Shown: piece after piece, positions 11,365-19,389 of the stretch
How positions within the stretch are numbered: position 1 is the stretch's first letter
Layout: each line of letters opens with the position of its first letter
Assembly (NCBI RefSeq): GCF_004010195.1
Contig: NC_057718.1
Location: forward strand, 14,832,072 to 14,852,071
Direction: 5' to 3'
Length of the DNA: 20,000 bases
Origin: Chiloscyllium plagiosum
Lineage: Eukaryota
Notes under the pieces: generated by a model
The model's input: only the letters and a program-made list of their open reading frames with translations
What the model was told of the DNA's origin: nothing
The model's database searches: none
Translations under genes and position numbers: made by a program

Positions 11365-11572
11365 GTTGCTGAAAATGTGTTGCTGGAAAAGCGCAGCAGG
11401 TCAGGCAGCATCCAGGGAACAGGAGAATCGACGTTTCGGGCATAAGCCCTTCTTCAGGGCTTATGCCCGAAACATCGATTCTCCTGTTCCCTGGATGCTG
11501 CCTGACCTGCTGCGCTTTTCCAGCAACACATTTTCAGCTCTGATCTCCAGCATCTGCAGACCTCACTTTCTC
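11365..11572 (+). mobile_element. Family-A hammerhead palindromic insertion, young
   Basis: 83-bp inverted arms at 11368-11450 and 11456-11538 (1 mismatch) with a 5-nt loop. 3' terminus CTCCAGCATCTGCAGACCTCACTTTCTC. Perfect 16-bp TSD CTGTTAATCTAGAAAC at 11349-11364 and 11573-11588. Confidence 0.93.
11424..11459 (-). ncRNA. Minimal type-I hammerhead ribozyme motif, core intact
   Basis: The minus strand reads CC CUGAAGA A GGGC UUAU GCCC GAAA C GUC GAUUC: both catalytic boxes, a 4-bp stem II, a palindromic ACGU stem III and a GUC cleavage triplet. Confidence 0.8.
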
Positions 11573-11954
11573 CTGTTAATCTAGAAACCCAGGTAATGTC
11601 CTGGGGTCCTGGCTTCTAATCCTGTCACAGCAGATGGTGGAATTTGAATCCAATTTTAAAAAGAATCTGGAATTAAGAATCTAATGATGGCCATGAATCT
11701 ATTTTCGATTATCAGAAAAAACACTCATCTGGTTCATTAATGTCCTTTAGGGAAGGTAGCTGCCATCCTTACTTGGTCTCGTTTATATGTGACTCCAGAC
11801 CCACTGCAATGTGGTTGACTCTCAACTGCCCTCTGGGCAAATAGGCTTGAGCAATAAATGCTGACCTAGCCAGCAATGCCCTCATCCAGTAAATGAATAA
11901 AAATAGAGTCCTTGGCAGTCATGAAAATAAACACATCTTCCCACACATTAGGTA

Positions 11955-12260
11955 TCACAATGACAGCAATGTGTATTGTTCCCCTGCCAGGTGTCAGGCT
12001 GCAGGTACTGACAGCTCACTCTGCACAAGCTATGCAAGAGTTAAAAGAATCCAAAAATCAAACAGCCATAAAAAGGGTTGCTTGGCAACAACAATCCAAA
12101 TGTTTTATGGCCTAACCATTCCACTCAATCATGCTCCAGACTAAAGGAATGTCAGTCCAGTTGTTCTTCAGTAATGGTTTCGTGATTGACAGCAGCTTCC
12201 AGCTCTGTTTAAAATCACCCCGTGCTATAACAGCAATCAAGTGCCATTACGGTACAGAAA
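11955..12260. promoter_or_regulatory. Candidate developmental enhancer (TF motif cluster in unique sequence)
   Basis: TGATTGACAG (PBX-MEIS/PREP) 12183-12192; TGACAG 11961 and 12009; GCCATAAAA 12065 and TTTTATGGCC 12102 (CDX/posterior HOX); GTTGCTTGGCAAC 12076-12088 (RFX X-box); AACAAT 12089 (SOX). Motif evidence only. Confidence 0.35.
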
Positions 12261-12377
12261 TGTGTCTTATATATAATATTCACAGACACATATATACTCA
12301 TGTACAGACTTAAACACACATACATACACACAATGTGTAGAGATCCATGATTCAAAGCTGAATAAGTATAAGACTGA

Positions 12378-12576
12378 AACAATAACAGAAATTGCTGGAA
12401 AGGCTCAGCAGTATCTGTGAAGAGAAATCAAGAGTTAACATTTCAGTTTCGGTGACCCAGTTCTGAGGAAGGCTTATCAGATCTGAAACTTTGATTTCTC
12501 TGCACGGACGCTGCCAGCCCTGCTGAGCTTTTCCAGCAACTTCTGTTACAGCATCTGCGGTTCTTTCGGTTTTTAT
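12378..12576 (+). mobile_element. Family-B hammerhead palindromic insertion
   Basis: Inverted arms AACAGAAATTGCTGGAAAGGCTCAGCAG / CTGCTGAGCTTTTCCAGCAACTTCTGTT. AGTT CTGAGGA at 12459-12469 and GAAAC at 12485. Perfect 15-bp TSD TAAGTATAAGACTGA at 12363-12377 and 12577-12591. Confidence 0.88.
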
Positions 12577-12838
12577 TAAGTATAAGACTGATTTCCTTTT
12601 TTTAAAAATGTTACAGCAAACTATTAAGAGCAGGAATACAATGTAATAAATTTATAAAATTAAATGAATATAATAATGAGAGCAAGTTGAGTGATGTGTT
12701 GCTACTGCAGCACATGGAAGCTGCTGGACACCAAACTGATTCAAGGGAACATGCCTTACCAACTGACTACAACTCAAGGAATTTGAATGGAGGATCCAAG
12801 TTGAGGAGCTGGAGGTTAAGCTGCAGGTGTTGTGCCAC

Positions 12839-12905
12839 ATAGAGTCATGGAGGTCTACAGCATGGAAACAGGCCCTTCAGCCCAGCCTGCCCATGCTGCC
12901 CAGTT
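12839..12905 (-). mobile_element. CR1-type 3' terminal remnant nested in CR1 ORF1
   Basis: ATAGAGTCATGGAGGTCTACAGCATGGAAACAGGCCCTTCAGCCCA matches the tail at 1755-1800. Confidence 0.75.
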
Positions 12906-13219
12906 CCACCAGGGAATGGGAAAGTGACCTGGGCACTTTGCTCCAGAGGGCGGTCACGCCCATCAGAGGTAATTCAAATTTGGGCAGTGATCGGGGACGG
13001 GAGGGTATGACTGCAGGCAAGGCAGGCATGGGAACCCAAGGCCTAAAATTGAGGAGCCTTGGCTAACAATGCGGGTTTCTTGCAATCTGTGCAGACAAGA
13101 ATGGGGACAGCGTGGAGGATGAGCAAACTGACCGCAGCACCTTGGTCAGCCAATCAAGCAAGGGGAGGGAACAGAAATGTAGCAGTAGTTAGCGACAATA
13201 TCATTAGGAGGATAGATCT

Positions 13220-13397
13220 GTTTGAGAGTGTGGTGCTGGAAAGGCACAGCAGGTCAGGCAGCATCTAAGGAGCAAGAAAATCGACATTTTGGGCAGTAAT
13301 GTTGATTCTCCTGCTCCTCAGATGCTGCCTGGCTGCTATACTTTTCCAGCACCACACTCTTGAATGATCTCCAGCATCTGCAGTCCTGACTTTCTCC
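13220..13397 (+). mobile_element. Family-A palindromic insertion, hammerhead core deleted at the centre
   Basis: Arms GAGAGTGTGGTGCTGGAAAGGCACAGCAGG... / ...CTTTTCCAGCACCACACTCT and terminus CTCCAGCATCTGCAGTCCTGACTTTCTCC. Imperfect flank repeat GGA(T/C)AGATCT at 13210 and 13400. Confidence 0.85.
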
Positions 13398-14266
13398 CCG
13401 GACAGATCTTTTCACTGTAGCTGCGAGCTTCAATCCCAAAGGACGTGTTGCCTGCCTGGTGCCAACGTTAAAGATATCTCCTCCAGTGGAGGAGAACTTA
13501 GAGAGGGAGTGGAGGGATCCAGTTGTTATTGTCCACAGTGGACCAATGACACTGTTAGAATGAGAAAGAAGTGCTGCTGAAAGACGTTGAACAGTTAAAA
13601 GATAAATTGGAAACAGACCCTCGAAGGTACGAATCTTTAGTTCACTATCAGAGCACAGGCACAGAGTAAATAAAGTCGAGAAATGTGTGGCTCAAAGCTT
13701 GATGTGGGCGGAGTGGGTTTCAGTTTCTGGGATACTGACACCCGTATTGTGGTAGAAGGGAGTTGTGCTGGTGCTTCGCATGAACTTCAGACCAGTGTCC
13801 CGCAGAACCCAATAACTGGGGTTGTAGAGAGAGCTTTAAACTAATGACAGGACAGGGAATAGGGTGTGGGAGAGGGGAAATATAGGCACACAAAGCAAAA
13901 AGATATGGCAGCATTACAGGATAGCTATGATAATGATACCCAGAGTGGGACAGGAACTGACAGTCACTTTTTCAAACATCGAAAAACAGCAATAAATAGG
14001 GTCAAAGGGGAAAGAATTGTAAAAATGAAAAAGGAGTGGCTTTTAACTTGAATACATATGGCATATAGAATAAATTAAATTAATTAATAGCATTAATACA
14101 AGTTAAAGGTCTGATCTTATAGCCATTATTGGGACATGATTACTAGGAAATTAATGCAAGGAACTAAATACCAGGGCTATGGGACTTTTCAAAAGGACAG
14201 GCAGGAAGGGACGGTGTAGCTTTGTTAAGCTATGGAATAGAATAAGTACAAGAGCAAGAAATGATT

Positions 14267-14730
14267 TACATCATTTTCAAGATGCCATGTAAAAACTGTA
14301 AAAATAACACTACATCAAACAAACTAGCAGGCAAATTGCCACCAGGATACATGAACACCAATTGGCTACCAAACGTCATGACCCACTATCACTAGTTTCT
14401 ATACATACAGACAAAGAAGGACACCACTTTGACTGGGACAACACACACACCCTAGGACAGGCGAAACAAAGACACGCACGAGAATGCTAAGAGGCACGGC
14501 ATTCTAACCAGAACTCTATCAATAAACACATCAATTTAGACCCATTTACCTTGTCTTGAAACAAAGAACCGGAAATGATATCACCCACCCTAAGAAACCA
14601 AGACCTGGAAATACAGATTGGGACATACCAGCAGCACATCACCAAAGACTCTCACCGATGATGTTACCTAGTATGGTGACAAAACGTTTGAAAACAAACC
14701 TTCAAGCTCAGCGAGCTAACTTACATACTT
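14267..14730 (+). mobile_element. Penelope-like element 3' fragment (GIY-YIG plus family-C hammerhead pLTR) nested in the CR1 endonuclease
   Basis: IIFKMPCKNC / HYIKQTSRQIATRIHEHQLATKRHDPLSLVSIHTDKEGHHFDWDNTHTLGQAKQRHAREC*EARHS..SINKH. Weak flank repeat CAAGAAAT at 14255 and 14733. Confidence 0.85.
14651..14692 (+). ncRNA. Degenerate family-C hammerhead motif
   Basis: CUCA C(C)GAUGA U GUUACC UAGUAU GGUGAC (A)AAAC GUU UGA: 6-bp stem II, UCA/UGA stem I and two core substitutions. Confidence 0.65.
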
Positions 14731-15507
14731 AACAAGAAATTGTCTCAGATTGGAGGAAATAAAATCCATATGCATGGAGGTACGAAATACCAAGGAGAAG
14801 ACGACACTGGGGAGGAGTAGCCCAAAGATCCCCTAGCAATAGCTATACAGTATGACAAAGAATAAATCAGAAGATAATGAGGGCATGTAAAATTTGGAGC
14901 ACATTAATCACGAGTGACTTTAATCTTTAGTGCATATTGGGAAAGCCAGATCGGCAGAGATAATCATGAAAAAGATCTCGTGGAGTGGTATTTGGAGCAC
15001 TTTCAAAGAACAATATGCTGTGGATCCAACCAGTGATCAGATTATTTAGGAAGTATAATAAAGCAGGTTTAATAAATGATCTCAGGGTAAAAGATCCCTT
15101 CAACAACTGTAGCCATAACATGGTAGTGTGACAATACTGTGGCTTTAAGAGGTGTGTTTTGTCCTGGTTTCTTTTAGAGAGGGATTGGGGGACAAGTATA
15201 GAGTAGAATATGAGAAATTAAATGACCTGTGAGGCCCTGGGAGCTTTTTTTAAAGTTGGAACAATAGAAGTAGCCTGGATGGGTGTGGCCAGCACTCATT
15301 GACCAGGATTTTTAGGATTGTTTTAGCTTTTACATTCAGCAGAAGCTGCTGGAGTTTTGAAGAAGTAGAAGCTTTTTTTTGCCCTCGGTTACAGCTAGAA
15401 GCTGGGGTTTCTTTTCCTAATGTGGTCATTACATGTAAGCAAACCTGTTTTCTGAATTTGCCTTTTTGCCAAGGGATGTGTTTGTGGATGTCACTATATT
15501 GGAACAG

Positions 15508-15676
15508 GTCAGGCAGCATCTAGGGAACAGGAGAATCGACGTTTCGGGCATTAGCCCTTCTTCAGGAATCCCGAAACGTCGATTCTCCTGTTCCCTAGAT
15601 GCTGCCTGACCTGCTGCGCTTTTCCAGCAACACATTTCCATCTCTGATCTCCAGCATCTGCAGACCTCACTTTCTC
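15508..15676 (+). mobile_element. Family-A hammerhead palindromic insertion, young
   Basis: Arms CAGGTCAGGCAGCATCTAGGGAACAGGAGAATCGACGTTTCGGG / CCCGAAACGTCGATTCTCCTGTTCCCTAGATGCTGCCTGACCTG. Perfect 16-bp TSD CACTATATTGGAACAG at 15492-15507 and 15677-15692. Confidence 0.92.
15533..15569 (-). ncRNA. Minimal type-I hammerhead ribozyme motif, core intact
   Basis: The minus strand reads AUUC CUGAAGA A GGGC UAAU GCCC GAAA C GUC GAUU. Confidence 0.8.
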
Positions 15677-16019
15677 CACTATATTGGAACAGTTAATTAG
15701 TGATAGTTACTGATCTATTATTCTGTTAAGTTTTCCAATAGAGTTAAGTTGTTCGAAGTTGTTCTTTTTTTGTTGAATTTTAAGTATAGTGTTTGAATAA
15801 ATTGCGCTTTGCTTGACGTCGAGAAGTTTGACCAATGGGAATTGCATCTGCAACACAGCACTTTACATTCTTTAAAATAAGAAAACAGTTACAGTCCAGG
15901 CTACATAGTTTGCATCAGTCTTCATCAGGAGAAAATACTAACAGCATTCCAAAAAGACTAAATAATCAAAGTGAAAGGCAATAAATACAATAATTATGAC
16001 TATTGAACTCAGAAAACTG

Positions 16020-17022
16020 ATGATGGCAACCTGTAATTAGTGAAGTGCCATAGGGATTGGTGCTGGGGCCACAAATATTTACAATATATATAAATGACTT
16101 CGATGAGCAAAGTGAATGCACTGTATCCAAGTTTGCAAGTCACACAAAAATAGGTGGGAAGGCAAGTGGTGAGGGTTACAAGAACAGTCTGTCGAGGGAT
16201 ATGGAGAGGTTAAACAAAAATCTCGACAGATGAAATATAATGTAGGAAAATGTGAGGTTATGCAATTTGGCAGGAAAAACGGAGGAGCTGAATAATATTT
16301 GAATAGGGAAAGACTGCAGAAAGTTACAGCCCAGAGGAATTTGGGAGTCCTTGTGCAGATCACAATAAGTTAATATACAAGGTCATGGGTAGAAGGGAAG
16401 GTAAAGAGACTGTTGGCTTTCATTCAAAGGAAAAGGGGTTAAAAAAATTAGGGAAGGCTTGCTAAATCTGTACAATTCACTAGTCAGGCCACACCTGGAA
16501 TACTGTGAACTGTTTTGGCCCCCTTATCTAGGGAAAGGTGTACTGCCACTGGTGCAGTCCAAAGAAGTTGCTGATACTAGTTACGGAGGGACTGTCTTAT
16601 AAGGACAGGTTGTGTAGATTGAGCCTATACTCTCTAGAATATAGAGGAATGAAAGGTGACTCTGTTGAAACATGCAAGATTCTTAAGGGCTTGACAGGGT
16701 AGATGAGGAAAGGTTGTTGCCCCATGGGGGAGAATCTAGGACCAGCAGCCATAATCTCAGAATTAGGGGCTACCCATATTAAAAAAAGAGAAGAAGAATT
16801 CCCTCTCTCAAATGGTAGTCAATCCGTGGAATTCTTTACCACAGAGGGGTGTCAAGGCTGTGTCATTAAGTATATTCAAGGCTGAGACAGACCGATTTTT
16901 AATCAGTAAGGGGGTCGAGGGTCATGGGGAAAAGGCAGGAGTATAAAATCAGCCGTGATTCCATTGAATGACCAGAGCGGAAATGATGGAGTGAATGGCC
17001 TACTTCTGCTGCTATGTCTTAG
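16020..17022 (+). mobile_element. CR1 LINE ORF2 RT C-terminal half plus 3'UTR, decayed
   Basis: EVP*GLVLGPQIFTIYINDFDE (VPQGSVLGP motif), SKFASHTKIGG (FADD decayed), LYNSLVRPHLEYCELFWPPY and tail GAATGGCCTACTTCTGCTGCTATGTCTTA. Confidence 0.88.
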
Positions 17023-17367
17023 ACTTACAGAAGAGATTACATTAAAACAGGAAGTTAAAAAATGTGCAGCTCATCAGTCAGTATCTAAAAAGAGAACGTA
17101 GTCACTCTGTGGGTCCCCACATTGGAACTGGAAAAGATACAGCCTTTTCACAAGATGGAGAAAACCGAAGAGGGAGTTTTAAAGGGTAAAGGTCAGTTGG
17201 ATCAAGTTGGGTTTTGTATATTGTGAAAAATAATTAATTGAATAGAAGTGAAAAGCATTAGTGTTAGGCTACATCTTTATTCTAGGTTTTTCTTTCTGTT
17301 TACTTTGGATTTTTATCCTGGGCTGACTTCATTATGATTCCAAATGAAGTCCATTACAAAGAATACA

Positions 17368-17490
17368 TTTGGAATTGAAAACTAGTCTTAGTAATGGTGA
17401 CCATTAAACTATTGTCTGATTCACTAATGTCCTCTAGTTCTGCCATCCTTACCTGGTCTGGCCTTTATGTGACAATGCAAAATGTTTGAC
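17368..17490 (+). mobile_element. SINE family B internal fragment
   Basis: GGTGACCATTAAACTATTGTC...CACTAATGTCC...CTGCCATCCTTACCTGGTCTGGCCTTTATGTGAC, homologous to 11670-11795. Confidence 0.65.
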
Positions 17491-17631
17491 CATAAGATCA
17501 TAAGATAAAGGAGCAGACCCATCAAGTCTGCTGTGCAATTCCATCTCAGTTGATACGTTTCTCAATCTCATGCTTCTGCCTTCTCCTTGTAATCCATGAT
17601 TCCCCCTACCAATCAAGAACTGATCTATTCT

Positions 17632-17905
17632 GTTTTGAAGAAGGGTCACTGGACCTGAAACAATGACTCTGCTTTCTTTCCACTGAGAGAAAGTGAGGAC
17701 TGCAGATGCTAGAGATCAGAGTTGAGAGTGGAGTGCTGGAAAAGTGCAGCAGGTCAAGCAGCATTCCTGATTATCAGGAATTCCTGATGAAGGGCTCTTG
17801 CCCAAAATGTCGATTCTCCTGCTCCTTGGATGCTGCCCGACCTTTCTTTCCACTGATGCTGCCAGACCTGCTGAGCTTCTCCAGAAATATTTCAAACCTC
17901 TTGTT
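17632..17905 (+). mobile_element. Family-B hammerhead pLTR, split by a family-A insertion
   Basis: TTTGAAGA AGGGTCACTGGACCT GAAAC AATGACTCTGCTTTC [insert] ...GATGCTGCCAGACCTGCTGAGCTTCTCCAG. Confidence 0.75.
17687..17841 (-). mobile_element. Family-A hammerhead fold-back insertion
   Basis: Terminus GAGAAAGTGAGGACTGCAGATGCT at 17687. CTGATGA at 17784 (+) followed by AGGGCTCTTGCCC AAAATGTC. Perfect 15-bp TSD CTTTCTTTCCACTGA at 17672-17686 and 17842-17856. Confidence 0.88.
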
Positions 17906-18208
17906 TGTATCTATCTATCTGTCTTAAATACACTCAATGATTGGCCCCCACAGTCCACAACAGCAATGAGTTCCATAGATCCTCCACCCTCTAGCTGAAG
18001 AAATTCCTCCTTCATTATGAGACTGTGCCGTTGGGCCTGAGTGTATCCTATTAGTGGAAACATTTTCTCCATGTCCATTGTATTCAGGCCTCTCCGCATT
18101 CTGTAAGTTTCAATGAGATCTTCTCTCATTTTTCTAAATTCCATCAAGTATAAACCCAGAGTCCTCAACCATTCCTCATATGACAAGTCCATATGACGCT
18201 GCGGAATG

Positions 18209-18305
18209 AATTCTGAGGAAAGGTCATTGGAGCCGAAACGTTAACACTGGTTTCTCTCCTAAGATGCTGCCAGAACCGCTGAGCTTTTCCAGCAACTTTT
18301 TTTTG
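18209..18305 (+). mobile_element. Family-B hammerhead pLTR
   Basis: AAUU CUGAGGA AAGGUCAUUGGAGCC GAAAC GUU AAC...GATGCTGCCAGAACCGCTGAGCTTTTCCAGCAACTTTT. Core boxes are intact and stem II is partly decayed. Confidence 0.8.
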
Positions 18306-18689
18306 TCCTCAATAAAGGCCTAGTAAGTCACTCTGTTCAACGTTAATAGCACGCGATGAACATTTCTGGTCTTTACAGCAATACCCACATTCCATTGATT
18401 CATCTTTCTCCTAAGCACAGAGTTCAGCAGTTTCAGCTTTCCCACTGTTTATTGAACTGTTTCTTTCACTGAAGCAGTATTTTAAAAAGCAGCCAGGTTA
18501 GATAATCAGCAATTATTGTCGCACTTCACCGCAGTTATTTTAACAAAAATGTACTTCTATTCACAATTATCATCTCCAGTCAGTAGACCTGGCTAGCAAC
18601 TTTTCGAAATGATTGTGCCTCCATCACTGTTTCTCTCACTCCATTCCAGAATTCTCACCTCTTTGTTTTACTCAGACTGCCAACAAACT

Positions 18690-18880
18690 AAAACCACTTG
18701 CATAAACACAGCATATTTAATGTAACAAAATGTCCCGAGGCACAGGAATGGTATCAAACAATATTTGACACCATCCTCAGAAAATGTGTTTCAACTCGTG
18801 ACTAAAAGTTTGGTCAAAGGTGTCGGCTTTAAGGAGCATGTTAAAGGAAGGGAGAGGTAGATGTGAAGAGAATTCAACTG
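18690..18880 (-). mobile_element. L2-type LINE 3' remnant
   Basis: TTTAATGTAACAAAATGTCCC...AAAAGTTTGGTCAAAGGTGTCGGCTTTAAGGAGCATGTTAAAGGAAGGGAGAG is the reverse complement of an L2 ORF2 end (FK..LK..LF) and tail. Confidence 0.6.
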
Positions 18881-19099
18881 AATATTGAGATAAAAATCAG
18901 ATACTGATGGCTCGATACTGCCCTCCAGGGAAGTGGCGAAAAGGGAAAATAATGGAGCGAGTTGGCCTCGACAGCATCTATTTGGTGACTTAGACAACAA
19001 ATAGCAATACAGCATGGTTGAACCAGGATTCAAACACCTCAGATCGCTTGTGTACTCCATAATGCAAAGTAACAATCTTAAGTATTTTTCATCAACCTA

Positions 19100-19385
19100 T
19101 TCAAACATGTCATATATCTACCTCCTTCTTGAAAACACAGAATGATTTGGCCTCAACCACTTCTTGTGGTAGTGAATTCCATAGGCCCAATCTCTGGGTG
19201 AAGACATTTCTCCTCAGCTCAGTCCTAAAATGTTTCCCCCTTATCCTTAAACCATGATGCTGGCTTTGGACTCCCCATCATTAGGAACATCCTCCTTGCA
19301 TCTAACCTGTCTAGTCCTGTGAGAAATTTATAGTTTTCCATATGATTTCTCCCGGTTCAATTCTATAACACGCCAGTGAACACAA
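19100..19385 (-). mobile_element. CR1 LINE internal 3' fragment
   Basis: Similar to 17920-18170 (AATGATTTGGCCTCAACCAC...GAATTCCATAG...TTTCTCCTC...). Confidence 0.7.
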
Positions 19386-19389
19386 TACA

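Larger units (their letters stand above)
11315..11902 (+). mobile_element. tRNA-derived SINE family B, near full length, split in its head by a hammerhead palindrome
   Basis: A box CGGCCTAGTGG, B box GGCTTCTAATCC (after the insert), body GTGACTCCAGACCCACTGCAATGTGGTTGACTC and tail CAATAAATGCTGACCTAGCCAGCAATGCCCTCATCCAGTAAATGAATAAAAA. Confidence 0.8.
12740..15126 (+). mobile_element. Decayed CR1 LINE 5' half: ORF1 (coiled coil plus SGNH esterase) and ORF2 APE endonuclease, with three nested inserts
   Basis: VEELEVKLQ; VAVVSDNIIRRID; CCLPGANVKDIS; DPVVIVH..TND; then DLIAIIGT*, PGY..FQKDRQEG, SDFN, and ...SHNMV (the APE SDH motif region) ending at 15126. Confidence 0.8.
15127..15905 (+). mobile_element. 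Probable solo LTR (3' boundary uncertain)
   Basis: Starts abruptly with TGTGACA where the CR1 stops. It is T/G-rich and non-coding, with AATAAA at about 15796. The terminal CA and TSD were not confirmed. Confidence 0.5.
17491..18192 (-). mobile_element. CR1 LINE 3' fragment hosting two nested hammerhead elements
   Basis: ORF 17911..18192(-) LSYEEWLRTLGLYLMEFRKMREDLIETYRM. Tail CATAAGATCATAAGA at 17491. Confidence 0.85.

Noticed and set aside
11365..11572. MITE / DNA transposon or pre-miRNA interpretation of the palindromes
   Set aside because: Arms are asymmetric with variable truncation, TSDs are long and variable in length, and the sequence is a hammerhead-bearing pLTR also present as single arms.
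12270..12338. CA/TA-rich tract
   Set aside because: Ordinary degenerate microsatellite.
3705..18305. CRISPR-like array of recurring repeats
   Set aside because: Eukaryotic context. Repeats are dispersed kilobases apart in both orientations with TSDs, without spacer periodicity or cas genes.
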